Positions 34,701 to 47,837 of a DNA stretch of 64,000 nt are shown one piece after another. The stretch covers positions 992,001 to 1,056,000 of the forward strand of contig OZ237741.1 in the NCBI GenBank assembly GCA_965178125.1. The letters run 5' to 3'. Under the pieces are notes generated by a model that searched no databases, was not told where the DNA came from, and was given only the letters and a program-made list of their open reading frames with translations. The DNA is from Bilabrum cf. latius (Eukaryota). The translations under genes and the position numbers were made by a program. Numbering within the stretch: the first letter of the stretch is position 1; each line of letters begins with the position of its first letter.

Positions 34701-35514
34701 CGAGAAGCTGCCTGAGGAAAGAGTGGATGGACCCGTGGAGGTCGCCGAACAGAGCAACCACGGTGCCGGGAGAGACGAGGGCGCGTGTCACGTAGGAAAA
34801 CACGCCTTCCTGCTGCTCCAACTGCCCCAGTGATGACGCAGACGCCGCGTTAGGGCTATTTCCTGCATTCGAGCCCAGACCCAGGATTTCTTCCGGCGCC
34901 AGCTGGCAGTCTGAATCAGAGGTAGGGTCGTATGCCTCGTTCTCAGCGATAGCATTCAACGACTGGCCACGTGGCTGCCGCATACACTTTCCGGGCAATA
35001 TCCGCTAGCTTCCTTGCCCGCGGTGAATGGAGTAGCCGGAATCAGAGCCAAACGTGCCGTCGACAGCGGACCTGCCCCGCCCCGCCACATCGAAGAAGCC
35101 AGTGTCCAGGAGAACGCGGTGAGGATCCAGCGGACGGGAACTCGCCCCCTTGCCAGGCAGTGCGGCATGACGGAGCCACCGCTCCGAGCTGTTCAAATGG
35201 CGCGCATGCGCTGACACAAGCACCTGGAGAGACTGCACAAACGCAGCCCAGGGGATGAGGGGCTTGCCCGTCGCACCGACCACTGCGTCGTCGTTAGACG
35301 AGTACGTAAGGCCATGAGACCGGTGCTATGCTACTCCTCGCAGCACGTCGATCTAATCGCAGTGATCATTGCAGGGCAAGCGCTCGAACGTGGCTGTTGC
35401 AAAGGAAGACATGGAGCTCGCAAACTCAGGTGATTCTGAGAAAGCTCCACGCAGATGAGCCCTAGTGACGTGTCCTGCAAGTAATAATACCCCAATTATG
35501 GCTGGAAGGTACAT
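31753..35514 (-). CDS. PPP-family-like calcineurin-type metallophosphoesterase with signal peptide (~1250 aa)
   Basis: One frame from ATG35514 (MYLPAIIGVLLLAGHVTRA) to TGA31753 through 8 TAGs. Motifs GDLHG, GDYTDRG, RGNHE, HGG, LWSD and RAHQ appear in canonical order across different track ORFs. Confidence 0.85.
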
Positions 35515-35701
35515 AATTGTGTCGAAGAGTGCCTTCTAGGGGTGCATTGAAAGCCAACGCAGATGGGCCGGTGATGGGCCCCGCTATGTGACGATGGTCG
35601 ATTGCCGGTGTGCACAATGCAACACAACCTCCGTGCGGCACCACGGGCGACGTGCTGCGGCAATGTAAACCTGTGCGCAATCGATACAACCAGGGTTTCA
35701 T

Positions 35702-38700
35702 TCACGCCATCCCTCCAGCCTTCCGGTACATGATCGCGAGCCGCTCGTCCGACGCGCACTTGCGCCGGTTCTCCTCCATCTTCTGCCGGAACTGCAGGTC
35801 CTGCCTCTTCCTCCTCTCCTGCAAGATGCGAATCCTGTACATGTTCTCCGCGCACAGCCTCTCGAACTCCTCCGTGGCCTCCGCGCCCTCCCCGTGCGAC
35901 CGAGCAAACTTGGACTGCCTCGCCTGCAGGTCCTCCTCCTCGCCCTCGAGCCGCCTCTGAATCACGTTGATGCGCTCCAGATAGCGCTGCTACAGGGCCT
36001 TCTAGGACCGAGCCATGATGGCCTTGGCCTCGTCGTACGTGAGAGAGTAGGGATCGTCCACCCCGATCAAGAAGGGGGCCAGGAAATCCACCTCCTCGTC
36101 CTCCTCCTCCTCGTCTGCCTCCTCCTCGGCTTGCAGAGCCACGCCGTCGCGCACCCGCTGCGCCGCCACCTCGAAGGCATCCCTCTCTAACCGCACGTTA
36201 CTTTCTTCCGAATCCCGATCCACGGCCAGCCGCTCCCCACACCTTCTCTGCCTCTCCCTCAGCCCGTCGTAGCACGCTTTCTGGAGAACAACCGCTCGCC
36301 TGAAGGCCTGGATCGCCTCGTGCTTTGTGGGCAGAGGTGCGAACGGGTCCTTGCTCACGAGTTGCATGCCCCCGTCTTCCACGGTCGTCAGGTACTGCCT
36401 CTGCGCCCTGGTGATGCGGCCCGCCGCCCGGTGGTACGTCACCAGGATCTCTTCGTCCTCCACAAGGTACTGAATCCTCTCGATGTCGTCGTGTGCTTCC
36501 GCCTCGGGGTTCCTCGCGTATCTTTCCGCCATCTTGCGGACCTCGAACTTCTTTCTGTCCCCCATCTGAAACTCATTCTTGATCGACGCCTGCACCACCC
36601 CCACGGTGCCCCCCCCCGGCCCCCCTCGCACCCCCGTGGCTTGCTGTGCCCCCGCACCGCCGCCATCGGAGCCCCCGGCCGACTCGCCCCCAAAGGTGAT
36701 GCTCCTGTAGCAGACCCTGGTCTTGGTCATGTTGGGATCGTAGTGCTCGACGATCTTGGAGCCCAAGTGCTCGATCCTGCGGAGAAGCCCGTCCTGCCTA
36801 CCGCTCCTGTAGAACTCCACCTCGCGCCTGTCCCCCTGCACGTCCCGGATCATTCGGACGCCGTCCCGCTCCCGCCCGGGGCCGAACCACTCCTCATTTG
36901 TTCCCTGGCGAGGGAGCCGTACCCTTCGGATGAGCTTGTCGTTCCTATTGGCGAACAGCTCCACCACTTTCTCCACCACTAGCCTGGCATCATCCGCGAA
37001 ATCTGTCGACCTGCACACCAGCCCGTCAGGCTGCGCAAACTCGGCAAACTCTTCTAGCCTGGCCCGGTAGAACAGCCTCACAAGCGCGCCATCGTCACCC
37101 AGCCCGTGAGCCCTCCGGACTGACGCTCGGTCCACCCGCAGCGGCCTGCACCAGGAACGGGGCACGTCGAGCACGTGTTCCCCGTCTCTCTCGTAGTCGT
37201 CCAGGTCCAGGAGAGCTTCTTCCTCGGCTTTGCTCTCGGTGGCACCGCCGGGCCCACCCTGCAGCTCACTCCCGTTGCCCTTGCCCTTGCCGGCAGAACC
37301 CCCGTGCGCCGCGCCGCTGCTGCTGCTGCTGCCCTCGCCCAACCCAACCTCCCCACCAATCACAGAGTCGCCGGCGCCCGCCCCATGACCCCCTCCCCTT
37401 CCGGGGGCACCCACGGGTGCAGGGATGAACACGATCTCCCAGTCGTCAGGATCCGTCAGGTCGAACCGAAGCCCGGCAGCCGGACCCAAGATGACCTCCC
37501 GGCACGGGTGCGACCCGAAGGGCCAGGGACCGTCCTACTCGCTTGATTTCGACTCCGAGTCCGCCCCTTCCTCCCCCGCACCCTCGCCATCATCGCCCGC
37601 TCCTGAGGCTGCATTCCCGCCGTGGGCCCCTTCCGCTCCGCCTTTCCCCCCTGCGTCTTCGGACGAAGCAGCCATGGCAGCCGCGGCGGCCGATCTTGTT
37701 CCCTCGCCCACGTCGTCCACTGTTCCCTCAACAATGGACTTGCCCGCAGCAGCCCTCTCGGCGTCCGACTTGACTTCCTCCAGGGCCAGCATGGCTTTGA
37801 CCTTGGACGGTGCCTGTGCCAGTGCGGCGGCCACCGCTCGACGCCTCCGTACGGCCCACTCCTCCTCCGACTCGCCCTCTGCCCGCTGCATGCGGGCCGG
37901 ATCGGCGGCATCTGCGGGGTCGAGAGGCACTGCGGGCGCAGAATCTGCGCCAGCAAACGACGAGGCATCAGCGGCACCATCGTGCGATGCACCATCCCCG
38001 CTCTCCGGCTCCGGAAGCGCGTCGCTGCCCTGCATGTTCACCCAGATGTTCTCCGGGTTCCACACGGACTCAACGGACACATACGGGCTGGAGTCCACCC
38101 TCCACACCTACCCGGTGCTAGGTTCCACGAACAGGTGGCAGGGCACATCCCTCCGCCCCGCCCTCACCAGCACCCAGGCGTGCGCGCGCATGCCCTGCAA
38201 GGGGTCTGCGCTTGCGCCCGCCTCGTCACCCCCATCTGCCGCGCCGTCAGGGTCCGGGAGATCCGCGGCCACGCCAGAGGTACCGATGTGGTCGTCACCC
38301 GCGAGCCATCTGTGTTCCCTGGAAATGTCCTCGTCCGACTCGTAGTTGGCCTCCTCGGCGCGGCGGGCCGCCTCCTCGGCTCGCCTCCGGTCCAGCTCCT
38401 TCTCGTACTTGGAGGACAGTTCCGGTTTGGTGGGGGGGTCGTACTTGGCGGGAGGAGGCGTGGGCGGCCTCCGGTCCCTGCCGTACATTGCCTCCTCCGG
38501 CACCCTCGCGAAGCCCGTGGTGTGCCCCGGCAGCTCAGGCGCCTTGAAGGGAGAGGGAGCCAGGGAGGTGTCAGCCAGCGCCACCCACTGTGGGGCCGTT
38601 CCGAACACGCAGTACGCGTCGTAGCCGCTGCCGAGGAGCAGCGAGGTCGTGAGGACGGATAGATCGAACGCGTCCCCGCAGCGGCGCTCAAGCACCGACG

Positions 38701-39286
38701 TGGGAGCTGGCAGGTAGTCCGGTGGCTCCACGGGGTTGGCCAGCGGCTCGTACGTGCAGTGGCGCGCGACAAAGGTAGCGATCTGGTCCAAATCGTACAG
38801 GTCTCGGACGGGAACAATCGTTGGTCTCAGTGTTGTGCAAATAAGCTTAGGCACGCCGGCCTCGTTCTCCAAAGCAAGCAGCAGCGGCCTTCGGTCAGGA
38901 AACAGCTCCACAAACTGGCGCTAAAAGTCGTCGGCGTACTGCAAGCAAAGCTCTTCTTTCTTTGAATTGGATCTATATGATGCAGGCAGCCTACTTCGAT
39001 CAATAGATGCCAACCATCGTGCCTTGCTGGGCACCGTGCCCTGTGCAGTCATTTGCTGCGTACCCATTGGAAGCCCAGCAGGGGAAACCATCGAAGTCGC
39101 TTCTACACCCTGCTCAGGAACAGCATGGCCTAGTACATCTTCGATGGAAGGTATCAAATCTTCCTCGTCGCTGTCATAATCCAGTCGAAGCAGCGGATCC
39201 ACGAACGACTGCTCGAGCTCTTTCATCAGCCTCTCTTGCTCTTGCATCTCTTCGTCCCCGCCAGCCGCTCGATCGCGTCCCTGCAT
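35702..39286 (-). CDS. DRC7: Dynein regulatory complex subunit 7 (CCDC135)
   Basis: SYRSNSKKEELCL..F*RQFVELFPDRRPLLL..NEAGVPKLICTTLRPT, GYDAYCVFG, HAWVLV, SVWNPENIWVNMQ and a C-terminal coiled coil. TAGs at 38921, 38108, 37535, 36002, 35990; TGA stop. Confidence 0.9.
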
Positions 39287-39482
39287 GGTCAAATTACTTG
39301 CCTTGAAGCAATTCCTAGATTTGTGGCGGCAAGCGGAAGCTGTAGGTCTAGTGAGCCCAAAACCAGGTTGCCAACGGATTTGCCGGCGCCGCGCGAAGCG
39401 GCTCCGCAAGAAAATTATGAACTGCAACTGAAGTGCGAGCTGGCATAGTACTCGCATGAAAGGGGGAGCTTTCCAAATCAAT

Positions 39483-40664
39483 TCACCTCCATAACAGCAC
39501 CGGTCTGCTCGGCGCCTCGTAGATCGGGTGTTCCCGCCCCTCCCAAGTAAACGTCCCCACCACAGCCGGCTCGCCCGGTGGCAGCGGCCACCCGAATTCA
39601 GCGCAGCTGCCCCCATCCTTAAACGCATCTGCAGCGACGGGGGGAAGTGCAGGGGAGGAATCAGCCGGCCAAGGTTCTGCCTGCTTCCCACCAGAAGCGC
39701 CGTCCTAGCCAGGCACTTGCTCGCCGCTCGGGTCACAGTGCACCTCCTCGCTGCCATGTTCATCAGCCCCCCTGACTACCGGCCCGGGCTGGAGGAACTC
39801 AAAATCGCTCCTGAGCTCCACCATCGGGCTCAACTCGACGGCGATGGCGCTGGAAATCAGCCCGAGCCCAGCGCGGCCCGTCCGGAGAAGCAGCTCACTC
39901 TCGTCGTGCTCGCCCCCTTCAGTGCTCGTCCGGTCGCCGTCTCGCCAGTTGGTCGCAAGGCCCATCCTGCGGTGCGAGCCGGCCTCCAGCTCGTGGTACA
40001 GCCTCCCCTCTCGGCTCATTCGGAGGCGGGTTGGATCGAAATGCTGCACGAGACTCGCGCCGAACACGAGCTCGCGTCCCGAAGGGGCACTTGCTCGCTC
40101 TCCTGTGGCATCTCCTCCTTGCGCAGATTTGCGGAACGTGTGGAACACAATCGGCGTGTCAGCAGCGCGAACATAGTTCATCTCTTTCTTGCCGCACGGA
40201 CTCATCCACTAGTACCCGGCGTAGGTGGGGTGAGCCAGCGATCTGGAACGCTCGTCTGACAGCGGCCGAAGCTGGCGGAAGAAGAAGTCCAGAAATTTGT
40301 CACTTTTTAGGCTTGTCGCTATATTCTTAGGGACGGTGTCTTCAAGGAATAGCCTGCAGGGACGTCAACGAGACGAATTATAGACAAGTTAGCCATCATG
40401 ATGAAAGAATTAGCATAAACTGCGGTTGGTGACGTACTTTCGGAATACTTACCTTCCTTTGCTGTCGACAAAATAGAAGTATCGCCGCTTGTTTGCCTCA
40501 GACTCATAGAATTGTTCCTCTTGTATCTGTAGCAGCTGCATCTTCTCTTCATAGGCTCCTTCATCGTTGACTGACGAACACAGCTGACGGGTACATACCT
40601 TCCGAGCATGCCGCGGCCGAATTGGTCTCATTCGCCCACATCGCCTCGCCAACGAAACTAACAT
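39483..40664 (-). CDS. C8orf82/UPF0598-like protein, probable mitochondrial presequence
   Basis: RRYFYFVDSKGR, intron 40354-40452, then LFLEDTVPKNIATSLKSDKFLDFFFRQL...SPCGKKEMNYVRAADTPIVF...GRLYH...FTWEGREHPI. TAGs at 40209 and 39705; TGA 39483. Confidence 0.82.
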
Positions 40665-40877
40665 CCTAAATTATTGCAATACCATCCCGGATATACTCAA
40701 ACTTGAGTAACACTGCAGTGGAGAGGCAAGGATCGAGCATTCGTCACACTGCTCGGTTTCGAACAATGTGGAGCTGCTGCCGCGCCAATTGCCATAGATC
40801 TGCTTTGCCGCTTCGCGCGGCTCCCACGGCAACGCTGCGATTCCCACTCACGGTCAAAGCTGGAAGATATTGAAAGT

Positions 40878-43077
40878 ATGGCTTCAGCGCGCGGAACTGT
40901 TATGTCCGTCAAGGGATCCGTCGAAATCGTCCGGGATCGACTGTATTGGGTCAGTGTCCACTCCAGACCGAGGGACACGTCTACGATGCACTTTTTCACC
41001 ATCGACGACATTTTCACGTATTGGAATTTCTACCTAGACTTTGGACCGCTGAGTTTGGGACAGCTGTTTCGTTTCTGCCAGATAATGAGCAAGAAATTGC
41101 GAGATCCGGCGCTTGCGGGTGAGAGGGCTCCTGACTGCGGATCCACGCCTCTATCGATGAGTCGGCGGCGATAAAGTGCCCGTGTGCAGTGTAATAGTGA
41201 TAATTTCGGCGCGAGATGTTTGCGGCTTCCGAGCATTCGGTTGTGATTCGGCGATTACTGTGTCCGGAACCTTACGGCCACGGCTGCTTCACCCGGGTCT
41301 GGCAATGCTGGCTACTTGCAGCTGCATGTCTGCATGAATCGTATGGGTTTTCGTGATTGTATCATGTTTGTCAAAGTAATTGTTGCTGGTGCTCTCCAGG
41401 GATCTCTGAGCGCCGACATGCTGCCGAGTCACGTGAAACCAGCCCCTCCTGCCCATCGAACGCTCGTCCCGCATCATTTCGCAGGAAAGTAGATTTACGT
41501 ATACTCTGGTCCAGATTCAGGAAAGCGGGCGAATTCGGCGACGCTAATCGCCGCATATTCCATGCTGTACTTGGGCAGAACACCAGCTGAGGCTCACAAA
41601 CCGTTCGAGGGCGTGTATCCTCCTTTCCCGTCGTTCCATGACGCATCGCCGTGCGTATGTTCGTATATTCTTACCGTTAGAGACGTTCTTGATGGCATTT
41701 ACAAGGCTTTGCAGTGCCAATTCTTCGATTTTGACGACTTCAAGATCGAGGAGGTCGAGCACTACGAGAAGGTGAGAGCTGCCACTTACCGGACCACGAC
41801 CGGCGGCGTCGGCGCTTGCTGCGTGTAAATCGTGCATTTTTATCAAATCCAAGCAGTTCGGCCCGCGGAAGTTTGAAATGGGGTCCGTGCAGCCGTGCGG
41901 TCCGACAGCACCGGTCGACCCAGATTCCCGCACCGTGCAACCCCACACCGCCTACCTGTCCCCTTTGTTACGTGAGCAGGTAGAATATGGAGACCTTAAC
42001 TGGATCGTTAAAGGAAGATTTTTGGCATTCGCGGGCCCGCACGACGTGCGCAGCTCCTCCCCCGAGGGCTACTACACGCTGTGCCCGGACGATTACATCC
42101 CGTACTTCAAGAAGCGGGGCGTGCAGCGCGTGGTGCGCCTCAACAAGAAATATTACGACGAGAGGAGGTTCACGGGCGCGGGTTTCAAGCACACGGACCT
42201 GTACTACCTGGATGGCTCCAACCCCCCAGAGAAGGTGCTGCGCACTTTCCTTGAGACCTGCGAGCGTACCAAGGGGGCCATTGCAGTGCACTGCAAGGCG
42301 GGGCTGGGTCGGACGGGCAGCTGCATCGGGGCCTACCTCATGAAGCACCACGGCTTCACGGCCAAGGAGGTCATCGGCTGGCTGCGCGTGTGCAGGCCAG
42401 GCTCCGTGATCGGCCCGCAGCAGCAGTACCTTGAGTCCATCCAGGGACGCATGTGGAAGGAAGGGAAGGCGTTCCGGATCGCGAACGGGGGAGGCCCTGC
42501 CCCAGGTGTGCACGGCCTCAGGTCACCTTGGGAGGCGCTGGATCGCAAGAGCAAGAGCAGCGCCGCGAAGGCGGGCGAGGAGGAAGCGGGAGGAGGAGGC
42601 AGCAGGGGGAAGGCGACCGGCGGCGGGTACGGCGGGGACCCGTCCTCTGCAGCGGCCAAGGGCGGGCGCGCGAGCGCTGCGCGTGCACTCGCGGCGGAAT
42701 CGTCTCGAGCGGTCGGCAGGCCAGGCGCGATTGGTGTGGGGAGGGGGGGGTCAGCCGGTGCATCCAAGTCCGATCTCCGGTCGCACGGCAGCTTGGCCAC
42801 GGTCTCGGGGTCGAGCAGGGCAGAATCCGGCGGGACCGGGTCATTCGGGTCAACCACCATGCTGGACGGGCCCGGCACGCCGGCCTCCGTGGCATCGGAT
42901 GCGTCGCAGGGGGATTTCCTGCGGTCTGCGAAGGGCAGGCTAGCTGCGGGCGGGGCGGGCGGGGGCCTTGGGTCCTCGTTCGGCCGGTCGCCGCTCGCGG
43001 GGGGGGGCTCCTCCTCTCGTCGCACACTCGCGGCCAGCGGCAGCGGACTTCGGGGGGTAAGCGGGGGAGGCCGGTGA
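40878..43077 (+). CDS. CDC14: Dual-specificity phosphatase CDC14
   Basis: Exons 40878-41118, 41485-41771, 41980-43077. Motifs NFYLDFGPL, KRANSA, FHDAS, GDLNWI, HCKAGLGRTG, RPGSVIGPQQ. TAG at 41490; TGA stop. Confidence 0.93.
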
Positions 43078-43553
43078 ATGGCTTGTGCTTGGTGTTCTCT
43101 CTTGGATCCGGGAGGGGAACAAGTGCTTTGGGGCGGACGTGTGTGCTAGGCGAGTGCTTGGTTGGGATTGAAGGAGACCTCCCTCGGGCGCCTGCGTGAC
43201 TGCCCCAGTGGTGGCGGTGGCGCTGGTCGCGCTTGCCGAAGCTAGCTCTAGCGAGCAAGCTACCGGCTCTAGGTTGCACATTTTTTTTTCGATGTTCCAA
43301 ACTAGACATGCGGTGCGCACGATGCGTTTCACACGAGGCCTAGGCAAGCTGCCCTTCACGGTTTTCAACGGATGCCAAGGAGGACGGCCGAATCGGAGGT
43401 CAATGAGGGGGCGTGCTTCAGACAAATGTTCATTTGCGCTTCGATGGCTATATCACTACCCTGTCGGGCAGAACTGGCTCAAACCACACAGTCGTCCATG
43501 CGGACCGATACAGTCCAGGCTTGCGCCCTACCTTGCGGATCGATCCGCCCAAC

Positions 43554-44117
43554 TCAGTTGTCGCCGCCGGCCTGGCCCACCTTCTTCTTCGTCTTGCGGC
43601 CATGGCGGTCCTCGTGTCCGATGGCAGAGCGCAACGAGTAGTCGATGCCGCCCTCCGAGTCGGTGCGGACCATGAACGAAGGCACGTCAACAAGCTGGCC
43701 GTTCACGGCCATGTGCCTCTGCTTGATCATCACGCGGGCCTGGTGGATAGTCTGGGCAAACTTGCGCTCCTTGGCGATGGTCTGCAGGCGCCGGTCCAGG
43801 AACTTGCGGGTACCAAGGCGCAGGATGTCATCCAGCGTCTTCTCGCTCTCGGACAGCAGCCCGTGGCGAACCATGCGGCGCAGCAGGGCATCGCCCTCGA
43901 AGATGCGCTTAGGATCCTTCTCATCCAGGGTGAGCAGCTTGCGGGCGGCCTTTCGGGTCTTCGCCAGCAGCAGCTGCACACGCCAAACCTCGCGCTTGCA
44001 GCGCAGTCCGTACTCGCCGAGGATCTTCAGCTCCTGGTCGATGCGCTCCTTCTCGAAAGGACGACGAGGGGTGGAGAAGGTCTTGCCATAGCTCCTGTGC
44101 CTCGAGCACTTCGGCAT
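43554..44117 (-). CDS. RPS9: 40S ribosomal protein S9 (uS4)
   Basis: [32 protein letters not shown]...RRLQT...[12 protein letters not shown]...VPSFMVR. No TAG; TGA stop. Confidence 0.96.
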   Translation of the reverse strand: MPKCSRHRSYGKTFSTPRRPFEKERIDQELKILGEYGLRCKREVWRVQLLLAKTRKAARKLLTLDEKDPKRIFEGDALLRRMVRHGLLSESEKTLDDILRLGTRKFLDRRLQTIAKERKFAQTIHQARVMIKQRHMAVNGQLVDVPSFMVRTDSEGGIDYSLRSAIGHEDRHGRKTKKKVGQAGGDN

Positions 44118-44437
44118 ATTGCCAAAGCTGCGAAGGAAAAAGGTGGTCTGGGGAGTTGCAACGAAACACTGGTGGCCATGGCTGGAGTTGGCTGCTTCAG
44201 CGGATCACGCTTGTCAGAAACATAATTGAAACACGCTAGTACAACATATTTCACGCAGCACGAAACGATCAAGTCGTAGCTCAGCTCACAATCCACGAAA
44301 ATATACTTCTCGCGCTTCATGGTTGGTTGATCCGATCTGCTGTATCTTTGTTGCGTTTGGTTTCAAATAACTCAGATAAGGATGCCCTCGGCATCGACTT
44401 ACACAAATTTGTGCTTGCGCGCTCCATTTCCTGCGCC

Positions 44438-45158
44438 ATGCAGCGCTTTTTGAATGGAATGAGATAGATCAATCCTGTCCCGATGTTCGTTCGCCGGGCA
44501 CACCACAACATGATGACCAAGCGTTTGCAGCAGATGGGTGAGCTCCGTTCAGACCGCAGTCAAGCTTGATATGTCCCAACGGCATTCCTGCCTCCCGTAT
44601 TCGGTGGTCCTATGGTATTTCATTGTTGTCGAGTGTCATGTTCCTGCCTGTACTGCTGCCGGGAGTACTGAGGATGTCCGTGCGTCTTGCAGTTGTCACC
44701 TGTGCACCGCCCGAATCGAAACGCTTGTCGACAACAGAGATCGCAATCCCACGCACATGAATTTGCTTGCAGGTCTTTGCTACCATGACATCATGTGCGA
44801 GTCGGACGTGCTGTCAAAGGCTGTGTCGAGGTTGCCAGCCGAGATGCAGGAAGCCCGCCAGCGCCGCCAGCGGCGTGCGGTTGACCTCGGTTTCAAGAAG
44901 AAGTATTTGCCCGAGTCCCAGTGGGAAGATCCTTGGCGTGAGTACCACGAGGTCGAGCACGTGCTGGCAAGGACGCAGGCAGAGCAGGACGAGCGCGCGC
45001 ACCTGTCGGACGAGATGTGGTTTGCTGAGATCAGCCCGGAGCGCTGGTTCGAGTACGACACCAAGGGGCTGCACTGGTGGGAGGGTGCCGTGGACGGCAA
45101 GCCAGAGCTGGCTGTGGCTCAGATTTCCGAGGAGAAGCAGCAGCAGATCTCCACGTGA
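44438..45158 (+). CDS. QCR7: Cytochrome bc1 complex subunit 7 (UQCRB/QCR7)
   Basis: Exon 44438-44537 (TAG 44465), intron 44538-44772, then GLCYHDIM...AVSRLP...ARQRRQRRAVDLGFKKKYLPESQW. TGA stop. Confidence 0.82.
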
Positions 45159-45315
45159 TAAATGGTGCTCCCTGCATAGAATTAAAAGCATGCAAAGCAA
45201 AGCATAGCAAAGCGATGGGCACACACTGCAGGAGTGACTGATGCCCAGACTATATTCATTGGTGTGACAGCCACCCACAGTGGAACGCAAAATCGCCTCA
45301 CACTTTCCATCCAAA

Positions 45316-47539
45316 TCACCCCCGCCTCGCGCTGGCCGTCACGCTGTCTGGCAGGTCGGCTACCTCGGCCGCTGCCCTGGCACTCCCCTTCCGCTCCACT
45401 GGCAGCGACGCGCCCCCGCGCCCAATGGCTCCCACAGGCACACCCGACCCGCGCCTGCCCGCACTCGTCACACCGCTAGCCGCGGCCTGAGGCGGTGGGC
45501 CCCACCCGCGCCGGCCGGAGCTAGAGGCCTCTGCCGAGGCGAGGTCACCACCCTTGCCGGTTCCGCCAAGCACCGCGGCGCCGGCGCCACGCAATGGCTT
45601 TCCGGACCTACCACCGCCCCCGAGCGGTAGCCGGGGCACCCCTGCACCACCATGCCCTGCATCCTTCCCGCGCACGCTCCTCCGAGTCCCGCCCGTCGCA
45701 ACGCCGCCCCCCTGGCCTCCCCCTCCACGTGCAGACCCCGCAGCAAGCTTCTCCAGTCGCATCTGTTCCTCCACAGCATGATCCCCAGCGCGAGGGGAGG
45801 GACGGATCTTCTCCGGGCCGCTGCCGGAACCGCGGCGCCGCGCAGATGGCGGCATGGAGGCGTCGATCCCTCGGCTGTTCCCCCCGGCCGACCTGCCACC
45901 GGTAGACGCAAGTCCACCAAACCCCGCGGTACTCGCCACGTTGTTCCCTATCCCACTGTTCCCCCGGCTGCTGCCCCGCGAGCCACTCCGGCTCCCCGCT
46001 GCCGAGGCCGACTAGCGAGATACTGCCCCCGAGCTCGGTCCCGGGGAGGGTGCCGCAGCCGCAGCCGCAGTGCCTTGCACCTTGCCGGGCCGGGCGGGGG
46101 CATCCTCTGAAGTCTTCGATTCATGGCTTGGTCCCGCCCCCCCATTTCCCGGGCCAGACCTTGCAGACCTGGGGCCTGCCGAAGAAGTGGCCCTCATCAG
46201 CTCCCTCTCTGCCTGTTCCCTGGCTTGCCTCTCCCTCACCACTGTCGCCCGGAGCCTGTCCAGCTCCACATCCCTGGGATCCCTAAGTCGCCTGGAGGCC
46301 ATCGGGTCGTCTGGCCCCGCCAGCTCTGTCTGGGCCAGCACGCCACCGGTGGCTGACAGGCCACTCCCGCCCCGCCTGCTGCCGGGCGCCGCGCCCTCCT
46401 TCCGGAACCGCATAGTGTGCGGCATGGCCCGTGCCAGAGCGGCTGTGGAGCCAACTTCGTCCGACGTGTGCCCGTACATGCCCGGGCCATCGAGAGAGGG
46501 GTAGTTCCTCGCGTTGGGGTCCGTTGTGGCTCGCGTGGTCCGCAGGGCGCGCCGCATCGTGCCTGCCTGCGCGCCCTGGATGTCGCCCGTGAAGTTGATG
46601 TTGCGGAAGTGCCTTCGCTTTTCCTCCGTTACACCGCCCATGGCATGGGTGGGCTTCCATCCCGGCCTGGCACCGTCAATGTCCTGCGTGGTCAGGCTCA
46701 AGTCGGGCCCCCCCCTGCCTCTTGGAGCCCCCCTCGGCTTGAACTTCGGGTCTGGCTCCACCTTCCTGCCGTGGATTGTGTGCACGGGGTCCAGTGGGTC
46801 GGTGACCCTGCCGCTGTGGAAGCGGTGGGAGCCTGGCTTGTCCACGACCTTGCCGCCTAGCATGTCTCTGGGCGGCGGCTTCTCGCTCTCCGGTGTGTAG
46901 TGGGTCTGTGCCCCTGGAATGTCGTCCACGCGGAGGGTACCGTCGATCGGGCGGCGCTCCTTAGACGGTGTCTTCGTGCTGCGAATCCGCGGCTTGGTGC
47001 CGGCGATGTCGTCCACGGTGTGGCCGTCCCGAACGAAACGCGTCTGGGGCTGCGAGGTATGTCAGAGGGGATGCAGCAGCCAAAATGCCTACAATATACC
47101 GATAAATATCGACGAAGCAGGACATTTCAATTTAAGTCGCGCTCACGATTGGTTCAGGCTTGGCTGCTGGCAGCTAGTACGTGGGATTCAGTGGGTCTAC
47201 GTGTCTTGTCGACTTGAACGTGCTCGGTCGCGGCCTTGCGCCCTCAATATCGTCGAGCCGCATGGAAAAATCCGGCTTCTTCATATCCTTGTGCAGCTTC
47301 TGTGGAGCGGTACCGGCAATATCACTCGCATCGTGTGCAAAGTCCGGTCGATTCTTCACAAACCTGCCGTGCAGCCGCTTGGGCTGAGCACCGGAGATAT
47401 CCTTCGTTTGATTCATCATACGTGGCTGCCACCTTGGAGCATTATCCTTTATGGCAGCGTCGCCGCGCGATGCAATGCTCATTGTTTGCCATCGGTGCGC
47501 ATCCGTGACAGTCTCGTCGGCTCGCATCACCGGATCCAT
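45316..47539 (-). CDS. Hypothetical protein with repeated DIxG(A/T) and PL(N/D)P motifs
   Basis: Repeats DISGAQP, DIAGTAP, DIEGARP, DIAGTKP, DIPGAQ, DIDGARP, DIQGAQ plus PLNPTY and PLDPVH. Intron 47050-47146; TAGs at 47174 and 46012; TGA stop. Confidence 0.7.
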
Positions 47540-47837
47540 TGATAGCGCAAATGCAACACCCTAGCTCGACCGAAGTTGCTCAGCCCGCCTAGCTGCCTCA
47601 TTCATACTATTTTTACTTCAATATCACAAAATTCGACAACGATGGATTACTTCGCTTGCTGTACGAGCCGCTCAAAGACGATGGGACCGTTGAGCGAAGC
47701 ACCGGTCGCAACCACCATGCTCTGCTGTGCGGATTTGCGCGCCCCCATGAATCTTGCCATGCGATGCATGAACAAGCTCCGGGTCTCATTAAATGGCCGA
47801 AAGATAATGCAATGCACGCAGTTCAACATATCCCTTG

